From assembly GCA_039192395.1 (NCBI GenBank), contig JBCCXE010000008.1, forward strand, positions 8,689-72,688: DNA of 64,000 nt, written 5' to 3'. This DNA comes from Pseudomonadota bacterium. GTDB lineage: Bacteria; Pseudomonadota; Alphaproteobacteria; Caulobacterales; Parvularculaceae. Made by a program: the position numbers and the translations under genes. The notes beneath the pieces are model-generated. The model was not told where the DNA came from. It was given only the letters and a program-made list of their open reading frames with translations, and did not search any database. This document shows, piece by piece, positions 9,368 to 26,480 of the stretch (within the stretch, counting starts at the first letter, position 1; each line of letters starts with the position of its first letter).

Positions 9368-10371
9368 TGGCGATATCCGCGCTATCTTTGCCGGTGAAAC
9401 CGCGGCTTATTATAACGGTGGACACTGAAGAACAGTTCAACTGGTCCGCGCCGGTCGCCAAGACCGGGCATCATGTCACCGACCCTCACGACCTCGACAC
9501 GTTTCACGATACGTGTACGGAATTTGGCGGTGCGCCGATTTATTTTCTAAGCCACCCGCTGCTCAGCGATACGCGCTGGCGAGACTGGATTGTGAACCGC
9601 CTTGAGGATGCACGCACCGCCGCCGGGTTACATTTACATCCGTGGGTCACGCCCCCCCTTGCAGAGCCCTCGGGCGATCAGTATTCGTTTCAAACCAATC
9701 TCCCGAAGGCGCTTTATCAGGAAAAACTGGCGGTCCTTGCGGAGACGTTCCTTTCCGCGACCGGCGCGCGCGCGACCAGTCATCGCGCCGGACGCTACGG
9801 CATCGGCGTCGACGATTATAAACTCCTCGCAGACGTCGGCGTCACACATGATTTCAGCCCATCGACAGGTTTCGATCTGACACAAAAAGGCGGGCCCGAC
9901 TTTTCGAACTTCTCCAATCTGCCCTTCGTCGTCGACAATCACGATGCGCGTCCGGTTGTCGTCACACCGGTTTGCGGCGCGCTGGCGGTGCCGCGCACCA
10001 ACTGGTTCTTAAGCCAGCGCGGCGCGGAGCCCGGTTTTACGGCCAAGAGAACGCCGTCATGGCGGCGCGAATGCTCGCCAATGCGCTTAACGCCCGAGGG
10101 GCCGCGCCTTTCGGACCTCAAAGCGCTCACCAAAAGACTGCTCAAGGACGGCGCGCCGGTGCTTTCCTATACGCTGCACTCGACAACGCTGACGCCCGGC
10201 GCAACGCCTTATGCGCAAGACGCAAACGCGGTCGCGGACGTTCTGGAAACGACCCGGGCCTATTTCCGGTATTTCCGTGACGAAATCGGCGGCGACTTCC
10301 TTTCGCTTGGCGACCTTGAAAGCCTCTATGACGCCGCGCTCACGCCGGCCGCATCCTTAACCGCCCGTTAA
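9364..10371 (+). CDS. Polysaccharide deacetylase, CE4 WalW-like
   Basis: TVDTEE, GLHLHPWVTPP, HRAGRYG, LTPEG, LHS..L.PG.TPY. Confidence 0.82.
   Translation: MMAISALSLPVKPRLIITVDTEEQFNWSAPVAKTGHHVTDPHDLDTFHDTCTEFGGAPIYFLSHPLLSDTRWRDWIVNRLEDARTAAGLHLHPWVTPPLAEPSGDQYSFQTNLPKALYQEKLAVLAETFLSATGARATSHRAGRYGIGVDDYKLLADVGVTHDFSPSTGFDLTQKGGPDFSNFSNLPFVVDNHDARPVVVTPVCGALAVPRTNWFLSQRGAEPGFTAKRTPSWRRECSPMRLTPEGPRLSDLKALTKRLLKDGAPVLSYTLHSTTLTPGATPYAQDANAVADVLETTRAYFRYFRDEIGGDFLSLGDLESLYDAALTPAASLTAR
10357..10371. promoter_or_regulatory. CtrA-binding site upstream of fliO
   Basis: Exact TTAA-CCGCCCG-TTAA. The second half-site contains the deacetylase stop codon. It ends 58 bp before the fliO ATG. Confidence 0.7.
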
Positions 10372-10428
10372 TCTGCGCCGCCGTATTTTAACAATCCGGA
10401 TCAATTTCAACCGAGGGCGTTTCAAGAA

Positions 10429-10812
10429 ATGGACGCGGCGGATTTTCTACGCATCATTGCGGCCTTCATTACGGTGATCGGCCTGATCGGGGTCAGCGCG
10501 CTGGCGGCGAAGAAAATCGGCCTCGCCGGGACCGGCGGCGCGGGCGGTCGAAAACGACGCCTCGCGCTTGTTGAAACGCTGCCGCTTGACCCAAAACGCC
10601 GGCTCGCCATCGTAAAATGCGACGGCAAGGAACATCTCGTCGTCTTAAGCGCAACCGGCGAAACGATCATCGATCGCGATATCCCCGCAGCGCCGGACGA
10701 TATAGGTGAAGACGCGCCAACCGACATGGGCGCGCAAAACGCTTCGGCCCTTAATCCGTTCTCGGCTTTTGTCGCTGCGAGAGCCCGTCAGGATGACGCC
10801 GACGCCGCCTGA
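10429..10812 (+). CDS. fliO: Flagellar export assembly protein FliO
   Basis: N-terminal TM, then KRRLALVETLPLDPKRRLAIVKCDGKEHLVVLSATGETII. Confidence 0.82.
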   Translation: MDAADFLRIIAAFITVIGLIGVSALAAKKIGLAGTGGAGGRKRRLALVETLPLDPKRRLAIVKCDGKEHLVVLSATGETIIDRDIPAAPDDIGEDAPTDMGAQNASALNPFSAFVAARARQDDADAA

Positions 10813-10837
10813 CTCGTCTGACTGGCGCTTTAGAAAA

Positions 10838-12226
10838 TCAAATATGCAGTGCGTGGCCAAGGGTCCTGAGCGCAGCTTCCTGAAATGCTTCGCTTTGCGT
10901 CGGATGCGCGTGAATGGTTCCGGCCACGTCTTCAAGCGTTGCGCCCATCTCTAGCGCGAGGGCGAACGCCGCCGACAATTCCGCAACACCGCCGCCCACG
11001 GCCTGAACGCCGAGGACAAGATGGTTATCCTTGAGTGCGACAATGCGGACAAACCCGTCTTCCTTTTCCATGGTCATGGCGCGGCCATTGGCTGAAAAAG
11101 GAAAGCTCTGGGTGACAATGTCATAGCCGGCGGCCTTCGCTTCTTCGGGCGAAAGGCCGGCGGAAACGATCTCCGGATCGGTGAAGCAGACAGCGGGGAT
11201 CGCAACCTTGTCCCATTGGCGCGCGTGGCCTGCAATAATCTCCGCAACCATCTCCCCCTGCGCCATGGCGCGATGGGCGAGCATCGGCTCGCCCGTGACA
11301 TCGCCGATGGCATAGACGCCGCGCATAGAGGTCCGGCATTTGTTATCGATACGGATGAATTTTCCAGCCATATCGAGCGAGAGCTCTTCAAGGCCCCAGC
11401 CTTCGGTCGCGGGCGCACGGCCTACGGTGACGAGGATCTTGTCAGCGGCAATCGTTTCTTTGGCGCCGTCGGCGGTTTCGATCTCAAGGCCGCCACCCGC
11501 CTTTCCTTGCGCACGCGCACCGAGATAGGTCTTCACGCCGAGCGCCTTCAGGCGTTTTTCAACGGGGCGCGTCAACTCACGGTCATAAAGCGGCAAGATC
11601 CGGTCCAGCGCCTCAACGATGGCGACGGAGGCGCCCATTTTTGCGTAAGCGATCCCAAGCTCGAGGCCGATATAGCCTGCGCCCACGACTGCAAGGTTTT
11701 TCGGCGTCGCCGTCAATTCAAGCGCGCCGGTCGATGAGATGACGTCATCGCTAAAGGGCAGAAACGGCAACTCCACAGGAACCGAACCCGTTGCGATGAC
11801 GATGTTTTCCGCCTGGATCGTTTCCTCGCCGCCATCCGTCTTGACCGCAACGGTCTTACCATCACGGAACGACGCCCAACCTTTGATATGGCGCACCTTG
11901 TTCTTTTTGAGAAGCATCGCAACGCCGCCCGTCAGACGGCTGACAATCCCGTCTTTCCACGCGACGGTTTTCGCAAGATCGATGCTCGGCGCGCCTGCGC
12001 TGATCCCGATGGCCGATCCTTCGGCAAAATGCGCGGCTTTTTCGAACTCATCCGCCGCATGAATAAACGCCTTGGAGGGGATGCAGCCAACATTGAGGCA
12101 CGTGCCGCCGGGCGCTTCGGCCTCGACAATGATCGTATCGACCCCGAGCTGGCCGGCTCGGATCGCGGCGACATAACCGCCCGGCCCTGCGCCAATGACA
12201 AGCAACTTGCAGGCGTGGTTGGTCAT
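10838..12226 (-). CDS. lpdA: Dihydrolipoamide dehydrogenase (E3)
   Basis: [29 protein letters not shown]; start placed at MTNHACK after the AGGAG RBS. Confidence 0.96.
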   Translation of the reverse strand: MTNHACKLLVIGAGPGGYVAAIRAGQLGVDTIIVEAEAPGGTCLNVGCIPSKAFIHAADEFEKAAHFAEGSAIGISAGAPSIDLAKTVAWKDGIVSRLTGGVAMLLKKNKVRHIKGWASFRDGKTVAVKTDGGEETIQAENIVIATGSVPVELPFLPFSDDVISSTGALELTATPKNLAVVGAGYIGLELGIAYAKMGASVAIVEALDRILPLYDRELTRPVEKRLKALGVKTYLGARAQGKAGGGLEIETADGAKETIAADKILVTVGRAPATEGWGLEELSLDMAGKFIRIDNKCRTSMRGVYAIGDVTGEPMLAHRAMAQGEMVAEIIAGHARQWDKVAIPAVCFTDPEIVSAGLSPEEAKAAGYDIVTQSFPFSANGRAMTMEKEDGFVRIVALKDNHLVLGVQAVGGGVAELSAAFALALEMGATLEDVAGTIHAHPTQSEAFQEAALRTLGHALHI

Positions 12227-12289
12227 GGACGAAATCTCCTGCATTGAAAGCGCCGCTGCGACGGCGGTCAAAATTTATGGGTAGGCGAC

Positions 12290-13609
12290 CTAATCGATGA
12301 ATATCATCGCCGGCGTTTCTAAAAGCGCCTTGATGCGCTGGACGAAAACAGCGGCGTCCCAGCCGTCGACGACCCGATGGTCAAAGCTCGACGACAGGTT
12401 CATGATCTTGCGTGGGCGAAACTCGGTTCCGTCCCACTTCGGCAGGACCTGCATTTTGTTGACGCCGATAATCGCAACTTCCGGATGGTTGATCACCGGC
12501 GTCGTGACGATGCCGCCAAGGGCGCCGAGCGACGTGATGGTGATGGTCGAGCCGGAAAGCTCGTCGCGGGCGGCCGCGCCCGTGCGCGCAGCTTCGGAAA
12601 GCCGGGCGACTTCCTCAGCGCACCCCCAGATGTCACGCGCTTCGGCGTGGCGCACGACCGGCACCATGAGCCCGTTCGGCGTCTGCGCCGCGATGCCGAT
12701 ATGACACCCGCCATATTGATGGACAACACCCGCTTCGTCGTCGAAAATCGCATTCAGATGCGGTTGCTCGCCGATGGCTTTGACCATCGCGCGCATCAGG
12801 AACGGCAGAATTGTCAGCTTCGCCTGCGTGTCCGTTTTCGTCGCGTTTAGCTCCTTACGCAGATCTTCGAGCGCCGTCACATCCACGTCATCCACATAGG
12901 TAATGTGCGGAATACGCGACTTCGCGACAGACATTTTCTCCGCGATCTTGCGGCGCAGGCCGATCACCGGGACGTCGGTCACCGATGTATTCGGGGCGAG
13001 ACCGCGCGCCGGGGCGCCGCCGGCGCCGTCGAAGTAAGCGTCAAGATCCTGATGCGTGATTCGTCCGGCCGGTCCCGTTCCGTGGACGCGCCGCAGATCG
13101 ACGCCCGCGTCGAGCGCGCGTTTGCGCACCGCCGGCGATGCGGTCGGCCGCTCGCCTTCTGCGCGCGGCGCGCCGGCAAGGCTCGCGCTCGATGCAATCG
13201 ACTGCGCCTGCGGCAGCGTTTTTGCCGGCGCGGCGCCGTTTGTCTTTGCAGGTGTTTTTGCGGGCGCTTTTTCGGGTTCCGCCGCTGCGGGAACTGACGC
13301 AGGCGCAGGCGCCGCCTCGGCGGCCGGTTCCGGCGCGAGATCCTCGCCCGGTTTCACATTGCCGTCGCCGTCCACCTCAAGGCGGATGATCGGCGAGCCG
13401 ACCGCGACAATCTCGCCGATTTGCGGGCCGAGCCACAAAACTTTTCCTTCGACCGGCGACGGGATTTCAACTGTCGCCTTGTCGGTCATGACCGAGGCGA
13501 GCACATCGTCTTCGCGGACATTGGCGCCTTCCGCGACCAGCCACTCAACGAGTTCGGCCTCCGCAACACCTTCGCCGACATCCGGCAGCTTGATGACATG
13601 TTCGCCCAT
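12290..13609 (-). CDS. bkdB: Branched-chain 2-oxoacid dehydrogenase E2 (dihydrolipoamide acyltransferase)
   Basis: Lipoyl domain VMTDKA, E3-binding ASPAVRK..GTGPAGRI, catalytic FDHRVVDG. Confidence 0.93.
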   Translation of the reverse strand: MGEHVIKLPDVGEGVAEAELVEWLVAEGANVREDDVLASVMTDKATVEIPSPVEGKVLWLGPQIGEIVAVGSPIIRLEVDGDGNVKPGEDLAPEPAAEAAPAPASVPAAAEPEKAPAKTPAKTNGAAPAKTLPQAQSIASSASLAGAPRAEGERPTASPAVRKRALDAGVDLRRVHGTGPAGRITHQDLDAYFDGAGGAPARGLAPNTSVTDVPVIGLRRKIAEKMSVAKSRIPHITYVDDVDVTALEDLRKELNATKTDTQAKLTILPFLMRAMVKAIGEQPHLNAIFDDEAGVVHQYGGCHIGIAAQTPNGLMVPVVRHAEARDIWGCAEEVARLSEAARTGAAARDELSGSTITITSLGALGGIVTTPVINHPEVAIIGVNKMQVLPKWDGTEFRPRKIMNLSSSFDHRVVDGWDAAVFVQRIKALLETPAMIFID

Positions 13610-14625
13610 TACGCCGCCTCCATCACTTTTTTATACGCCTCCCCGACCCGCGCCGGCCCCGGAAAGTAAACCCATTCATGCGCATGCGGATAAGGCGTAT
13701 CATACCCAGCGACGCGGATGATCGGCGCTTCAAGATCGTAGAAGCAGTTTTCCTGCACGATTGACAAAAGCTCTGCGCCGAAACCGCAGGTCGTGGTTGC
13801 TTCGTGTACGATGACGCAGCGCCCGGTCTTCTTCACGGATGCGGTGATCGTTTCAAGATCGTAGGGAATGATCGAGCGCAGATCGATCACTTCCGCATCG
13901 ACGCCGCTTTCTTCCGCCGCGGCCTCGGCCACATAGACCATGGCGCCATAAGCAAGAACCGTGACCTCGGCGCCTTCGCGGCGCACCACAGCTTCGCCAA
14001 GCGGAACCGTATAATAATCCTCCGGCACCTCGCCGAATTCATGCTTCGACCAGGGCGTGATCGGCCGGTCATGGTGGCCGTCGAACGGCCCGTTATAAAG
14101 GCGCTTGGGTTCGAGAAAAATCACCGGATCGTTGTCCTCGATGGACGCGATCAACAGCCCCTTGGCGTCGTAAGGATTGGACGGAATGACCGTTTTCAGC
14201 CCCGCCACATGGGCAAACAGCGCCTCGGGGCTTTGCGAATGCGTCTGACCGCCAAAGATCCCGCCGCCGGTCGGCATGCGCACCACCATGGGCACCGTGA
14301 AATCGAGGTTCGAACGATAACGAATGCGCGCCGCTTCCTGAGTGAGCTGATCGTAGCCCGGATACATGTAGTCAGCGAACTGAATTTCAACGCAGGGCCG
14401 CAGGCCATAGGCCGCCATGCCGATGGCGGACCCGATAATGCCGCTCTCGTTGATCGGCGTGTCGAAACAGCGCTGACTTCCGTATTTTTTCTGCAGGCCC
14501 TCCGTACACCGAAAGACACCGCCGAAATAGCCGACATCTTCGCCATAAACGACAACCTTTTCGTCCCGCTCCATGGCGTTGTCCATGGCGCTGCGAATGG
14601 CTTGGATCATGGTCATGCGCGCCAT
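13609..14625 (-). CDS. bkdA2: 2-oxoisovalerate dehydrogenase E1 beta subunit
   Basis: GEDVGYFGGVFR, EIQFADY, GGQTHSQSPEA; start at MARMTMIQA. Confidence 0.95.
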   Translation of the reverse strand: MARMTMIQAIRSAMDNAMERDEKVVVYGEDVGYFGGVFRCTEGLQKKYGSQRCFDTPINESGIIGSAIGMAAYGLRPCVEIQFADYMYPGYDQLTQEAARIRYRSNLDFTVPMVVRMPTGGGIFGGQTHSQSPEALFAHVAGLKTVIPSNPYDAKGLLIASIEDNDPVIFLEPKRLYNGPFDGHHDRPITPWSKHEFGEVPEDYYTVPLGEAVVRREGAEVTVLAYGAMVYVAEAAAEESGVDAEVIDLRSIIPYDLETITASVKKTGRCVIVHEATTTCGFGAELLSIVQENCFYDLEAPIIRVAGYDTPYPHAHEWVYFPGPARVGEAYKKVMEAA

Positions 14626-14629
14626 CGGA

Positions 14630-15964
<1,335 letters not shown>

Positions 15965-16141
15965 TCAGCGACTTTCCGATGATCTAGTACCCGAACAGCC
16001 CTTCATGCAACGGCCCGCCATGAAATGCCAAAAAATTAGCGATGGATTTCAACAGACTGGCGTGCACGAGCACATTGCGCCGGACAAAAAAGTTAAATTA
16101 GCATCTTCGCGCACGCCCCGGCGGTCGCGCGCATGCGCCTT

Positions 16142-20060
<3,919 letters not shown>

Positions 20061-20168
20061 CTTGCCTGGAGCCTCTTGTTGTCAGCGATAAATTAAACCG
20101 GCGCGTCGGCCTTTACCCGAGCACAACGGCGACTGTTAAAGCCGCCGAAATCGCGCCAAACGCGCCCT

Positions 20169-21146
20169 TTAAGGCGATCCGTTGAACACGTCCTGCCCGC
20201 CAGCGGTGAACGCGCTGTCATCGTCATCAAGAAGGGGCGGCGCCGCAAGGTCATTGTCGATCCGCGACGGATCAAGCGTTTCGAGATCGATGCCGCGCTC
20301 GATGTCATCTTCCACCCGCGCGACAATCGAGGCGCCGGACGGCTCTCCCGCCAACAAGATGCCGCGCCGTTCGAACAGGCGGTAGGAATCTTCATACCAG
20401 CGGCTGCCAGGATAGTTATGCCCGAGAACGGCGGCGGCGGCGCGCGCCTCCTCGACAATGCCAAGCTGCAGATAAGCCTCAACGAGCCGGTGCAGCGCCT
20501 CAGGCACGTGGCCGGTCGTCTGATAGTTCGTCAGCACATATTTAAACCGATTGATCGCAGAGATATGGCGATTATTGCGCATGTAGAAACGCCCAACATA
20601 CATCTCCTTGCCGGCGAGGTGATCGTAGGTCAGATCGAGTTTCAGGCGCGCATCCACCGCATATTCCGTATCGGGATAACGACGCACCACATCAGTGAGC
20701 GCCTGCACGGCGTTGTTGGTGTAATCCTGATCGCGCCCGACATCGCGAATGCGCTCGTAAAAGCACATAGCTTTCAGATAATACGCATAGGGCGCATCCT
20801 TGTTGCCGGGATGCAGCGCAATGAAGGAATCGACCGCCTGGATCGCTTCTTCGTAGTCGTTCCCCTGATAGTAGGAGAACGCTTTCATTAGCATGGCGCG
20901 GCGCGCCCAAGACGAATAGGGATGCTGGCGCTCCACTTCTTCGAAGAACGCAATGGCGCGGTCATAGCGCCGCTTTTCCATCTCCTTGGTCGCGCTCGCA
21001 TAGAGGGTTTCTACCGGGCGTTCGACATAGGCGAACTTTTCTTTTTTGCCACCCGAACCGCATGCGCCAAGCGCGAGCGAAAGGCCCGCAATGAGGGCGA
21101 CCTTCACGACTTTAGAAGACAACACCTTAGAAGATGAAAACGTCAC
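20169..21146 (-). CDS. bamD: Outer membrane protein assembly factor BamD
   Basis: Lipobox LGAC, ERQHPYSSWA, LHPGN, RDQ..T, GHNYPGSRWY. Confidence 0.95.
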   Translation of the reverse strand: MTFSSSKVLSSKVVKVALIAGLSLALGACGSGGKKEKFAYVERPVETLYASATKEMEKRRYDRAIAFFEEVERQHPYSSWARRAMLMKAFSYYQGNDYEEAIQAVDSFIALHPGNKDAPYAYYLKAMCFYERIRDVGRDQDYTNNAVQALTDVVRRYPDTEYAVDARLKLDLTYDHLAGKEMYVGRFYMRNNRHISAINRFKYVLTNYQTTGHVPEALHRLVEAYLQLGIVEEARAAAAVLGHNYPGSRWYEDSYRLFERRGILLAGEPSGASIVARVEDDIERGIDLETLDPSRIDNDLAAPPLLDDDDSAFTAGGQDVFNGSP

Positions 21147-21291
21147 AACCGCCTACTGCCTTTCACAAAAACGCTGCACGAAACGCGCGGCGCACGCCAT
21201 AGCCCGCCTCTCAATCCCTTGTAATGGGGCCGGTAATCAGCGTCAAACGGCGAAACGACGTTTCACATGTTTTGTGTTTATGCCGCCACGA

Positions 21292-22197
21292 TCAAGCTGT
21301 TGCGGCGACCGCTTGGGCGGCGGCGCGCGAAGGCGCAGCAACATCGCCGGCATCTTCCGCCAGCAACCGCGCGAAACGCGTATTGAGATCGTGGCCCGGC
21401 CGAACGGCGCGAATATGGCCGGTGAGCGGCGCACCAAGCAAATAGAAGTCGCCGATCAGATCGAGCGCCTTGTGCAGCGCAAACTCCTCCGGATCGCGCA
21501 GCGCCTCGCCATTCAGGAGGCGGTCGCCATCAACGACGATGGAGTTCTCCAATGACCCGCCACGGATAAGCCCCGCAGAGCGCATCATCTCCACATCGCG
21601 CAGACGGCAAAAGGTGCGCGACGCGGCAAGCCGACGCCGGTCCCCTTCGTCGTCAATACGCACGGTCAATGACTGACGCCCAATGAAGCAGTCGTCGAAA
21701 TCGATTTCGATATCGAGGCGAAAGTGATCGCAAGGGGCCGCGTAAATCGCACATGGCCCGTCCTCAAGGGAAACGGATTCACTGATATGGACCGAGCGAC
21801 GCGGCGCATTCTGCGCACAAAGCCCAGCATATCCGATCGCCTCGACGAACTTCTCCGCGCTGCCGTCGAGAATGGGCACTTCCGGCCCCGTGAGCTCTGC
21901 AAGGACATTGTCGACGCCGCACAGCGCCAGCGCCGCCATAAGGTGTTCGGTCGTGCTGACCGTGACACCGCGCTCATTGGCGATGGTCGTGCCAAGGCGG
22001 GTTTCGACGACATTCGCCGGCGCCGCCTCGACGAACGGCGCATCGGAAGACCCGTTCAGCGGATCGCAGCGTTTAAAAACAACGCCGTGCCCTGCCGGTG
22101 CAGGACGCAGCCGCAAACGCGCATCGACGCCCGAATGCAGACCGACCCCAAAAAGGTCGACGCACTCTTTTATTGTATGCTGCTCGCTCGCCCCCAT
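21292..22197 (-). CDS. lpxC: UDP-3-O-acyl-GlcNAc deacetylase
   Basis: GVGLHSG, TTEHLMAAL, EVPILDGSA, HKALDLIGD. Confidence 0.95.
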   Translation of the reverse strand: MGASEQHTIKECVDLFGVGLHSGVDARLRLRPAPAGHGVVFKRCDPLNGSSDAPFVEAAPANVVETRLGTTIANERGVTVSTTEHLMAALALCGVDNVLAELTGPEVPILDGSAEKFVEAIGYAGLCAQNAPRRSVHISESVSLEDGPCAIYAAPCDHFRLDIEIDFDDCFIGRQSLTVRIDDEGDRRRLAASRTFCRLRDVEMMRSAGLIRGGSLENSIVVDGDRLLNGEALRDPEEFALHKALDLIGDFYLLGAPLTGHIRAVRPGHDLNTRFARLLAEDAGDVAAPSRAAAQAVAATA

Positions 22198-22341
22198 GCT
22201 CTCCTGCCTGATACTGTTCCGCCGGCTCTTCCCCTAGCCGCGACTCGCACACCCAATTTCAAACGCCGAGTATGACATTGAATGAACGATCGTTGCGAGC
22301 GCCACAAGATAAAGGTTTATTACCGTTTGTTGCGCTTCGAC

Positions 22342-22379
22342 AAAAAGAAAACGCCGCCCATGATGTGAGCGGCGTTTTC
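22342..22379 (-). terminator. Intrinsic terminator after ftsZ
   Basis: Stem GAAAACGCCGC/GCGGCGTTTTC followed by a U-tract on the minus strand. Confidence 0.7.
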
Positions 22380-22401
22380 CAAAGTAAATTCAATCAGTTA
22401 A

Positions 22402-23997
<1,596 letters not shown>

Positions 23998-24045
23998 GAA
24001 AGACTCCGGTATGGGCGCAAAATTGGCGGGGCATGACTGTTAAGC

Positions 24046-24103
24046 TTACCCCTTCGTTAAAGATTCGTTCAGAACCCTTACTAAAAGGTTAACGTGTTCT
24101 TAA
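24046..24103. promoter_or_regulatory. CtrA box plus phased half-sites in the ftsA-ftsZ intergenic region
   Basis: Exact TTAA-CGTGTTC-TTAA at 24089-24103; further half-sites at 24046, 24057, 24068 and 24078. Confidence 0.7.
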
Positions 24104-24110
24104 TGACTGG

Positions 24111-25391
24111 TCAGAATCGCGTGCGCAGCCACGCTTCGATGCCGCCAACCATCTTCAGGGGATTCGCGTAACGTGATTGCAGCGGTGAGACCAAGCTTAA
24201 ACTTGCGTCCCGACCGGTATTTAACTGCAAAAGTTTCTGCACGGCGCCGACGCTGACGGAAAAGCCCGGCCCGCTCGTCGCTTCGGGCAAACCGGAGAAC
24301 GGCGTCGGCCGCGCGACGCGCGTTTTCATAGATAAAACACGCTCCGCCGTTTCGCACGCGCCGACCAGCAGGGCGCCGCCGCCGGTCAGAACGGCGCGGC
24401 GACCGATTGTGCGATGGCCGCCCTTGTTTGAGAGTTTTTGCGAAACGAGTTCGAATATTTCTTCAAGCCGCGGCGCGATCACTTCATTGATGTCGGCGCG
24501 GGTTGCGCGCAAGCCCTCGCCGCTGGCGCCAAGAGCCGAGAAATCGACAAAGCGATGTTCATCGCCCGGCCCCGTCAGCGCCGACCCGTGCAGGGTTTTA
24601 ACGCGCTCGGCGTCGGCGAGCGGCGCACCGAAAATCGTCGCAATGTCTTTGGTGATGTGACCGCCACCCACTGCGACGCCGCCCATCTCCACCGGCGCGC
24701 CGTTGTCGTAGACGACAAAACCCGTCGTCGCTGCGCCGATATCGATCAGGACCGCGCCCAGCTCTTTTTCGTCGTCGGTCAGCGTTGCTTCGCCCGCCGC
24801 AAAAGGCGCCGGCACAAACTCGTGCGCGCGGAGGCCACAGCGCTCAACAATCGCAGAGAGATTATCGAGAAGGCTTTGGCGCACGGACACGGACAAAAGC
24901 TCCGTACACAGGACGCGCCCCGTCAGCCCCGTGGGGTCGACGAAAAATTCCTCGCCGTCGACCCGGAACGCAATCGGCAGCGCCGTCAGCGCCGTAAAAC
25001 CGTCGCCTGCCGCAAGCGTCATGCCTTCGCCGAGCGCGTCGTCAACATCTTCGTGCGTGATGACGCCGCCGGCGATATCGAGATCGACGCCGATCCGGCG
25101 CCCGTAGAGATAGCGCCCGTTCACAGCGATGGAAATTTCATGCAGGCGGTCGCCAGCCATGCGCTCGGCGCCGTCCACCGCGGCGCGGATGCATTTTTCC
25201 GCCATATCCGCGTTCATGGCGCGCCCGTCAGAGCGCGTCACGCCATGACAGGCTGCACCCAGAACATCGATATCGCCGGGATCGTCGCCCGGGCGCGCAA
25301 TGATACACGCCACTTTCGACGCGCCAAAGTCGAGCGTCGCGACCAGGTCCGCGCTGCGCTTTTGAGATTTGTTCGCCGGTTTCAGCATCAC
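24111..25391 (-). CDS. ftsA: Cell division protein FtsA
   Basis: LDFGASK, IDIGAATT, GGGHITKDIA, AERVKTLHG, LTGGG, C-terminal amphipathic WLRTRF. Confidence 0.95.
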   Translation of the reverse strand: MMLKPANKSQKRSADLVATLDFGASKVACIIARPGDDPGDIDVLGAACHGVTRSDGRAMNADMAEKCIRAAVDGAERMAGDRLHEISIAVNGRYLYGRRIGVDLDIAGGVITHEDVDDALGEGMTLAAGDGFTALTALPIAFRVDGEEFFVDPTGLTGRVLCTELLSVSVRQSLLDNLSAIVERCGLRAHEFVPAPFAAGEATLTDDEKELGAVLIDIGAATTGFVVYDNGAPVEMGGVAVGGGHITKDIATIFGAPLADAERVKTLHGSALTGPGDEHRFVDFSALGASGEGLRATRADINEVIAPRLEEIFELVSQKLSNKGGHRTIGRRAVLTGGGALLVGACETAERVLSMKTRVARPTPFSGLPEATSGPGFSVSVGAVQKLLQLNTGRDASLSLVSPLQSRYANPLKMVGGIEAWLRTRF

Positions 25392-25535
25392 GTTTCAGGC
25401 CCCGCATTCAACGCGTTTTTAAAAAGACGTTTCAACGCCGACGAGTCGGCGACCAATCATGACCGCGCCCGCGCGCTTTAAAACTTCAACTTTGGGCGCA
25501 CCCGCCGGCTCCCCAAAAACCTGGCGCCGCCCTGA

Positions 25536-26480
25536 TCAGCCGTTTCGCGGCGACGTTGCCGAACCGGGCGGCGGCGCTGTGGGCGCCGCAGGTCTTGCCC
25601 CCGGTCTGATCGTGTCGCGTTTGTCGCCCTTGCGCCGGAAAATCACGCGCTCCGGGTCGCGAAGATCGATATATTCGAGATCCTCGTCAAGCAATCCGTG
25701 TGCGGCGTGAAGCGCAGCGATATCGGCGACGGCCATGGCAATTTCCGTTTCCGGGAACTTGATGTCGACGCCGTTTTTCAAGCGCACATTCCAGCGCCGG
25801 TCGGAAACACGCACCAGCGCCGTCGTCATGTTCCAAAGCGCGTCCTCGCCCTTCAGCGCCTGAAGGATTTCGGACGCCGCCTCCGGGGCGCCCGCGCCGA
25901 CAATCAGCGGCATGCTCGAATACTCATAGGCGCCGACTTCATCGATCACGGCGCCCGCGCCGTCGATAAGATAGAGCTTGCCGGAAAGCTGCCAGACAGC
26001 GGCAGGCACGCGTTCACGCACCGAAACATGGACCGTGTTCGGTAACAACCGCGTCACCGCAGCCGAGCGCACCCAGCCAAGCTCTTCGATGCGCGCCATG
26101 GCGCGGTGATGATCGAAATGCAGAATGGAATCGCCGATGACCGGCCCGACGGCGTTCAAGAGTTCCGTATGCCCGGTTTTCGAAAGCCCCTTTACAGTGA
26201 CGCGGCGTACATCGAACCCGGCCGACGCGACAGCGTTTTCAACCGCGCCGCCCGCCCGCTCCGTCAAGACGCCGACATAACCGCCCGTCCAGAGGACAAC
26301 GCCCACAAGCAACGCCACAACGCCGAGCCCCGCGCCGGCGGCTTTGAAAAGCCCGGAGAACCGCACGCCGAGATCGTGCGACGCGCTTCCCCGCCCGCCG
26401 GTTTTCTTTTTGGCGCGCGTCTTCTTCGCGGTTTTCTTTGCCGGTTTTTTCGCGGCGCTTTTTCTTTTTACCGACGGCAT
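25536..26480 (-). CDS. ftsQ: Cell division protein FtsQ
   Basis: TM plus POTRA ([17 protein letters not shown]), [12 protein letters not shown]; dcw position. Confidence 0.93.
   Translation of the reverse strand: MPSVKRKSAAKKPAKKTAKKTRAKKKTGGRGSASHDLGVRFSGLFKAAGAGLGVVALLVGVVLWTGGYVGVLTERAGGAVENAVASAGFDVRRVTVKGLSKTGHTELLNAVGPVIGDSILHFDHHRAMARIEELGWVRSAAVTRLLPNTVHVSVRERVPAAVWQLSGKLYLIDGAGAVIDEVGAYEYSSMPLIVGAGAPEAASEILQALKGEDALWNMTTALVRVSDRRWNVRLKNGVDIKFPETEIAMAVADIAALHAAHGLLDEDLEYIDLRDPERVIFRRKGDKRDTIRPGARPAAPTAPPPGSATSPRNG

Noticed and set aside
16004-16021. Sigma-54-like TGGC..TTGC upstream of the bkd operon
   Set aside because: GG-to-GC spacing is 9 nt, not the required 10.
21590-21630. 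LpxC RTFC instead of RTFG
   Set aside because: I recall this variant from other alphaproteobacterial LpxC proteins, and the zinc ligands and catalytic residues are intact.
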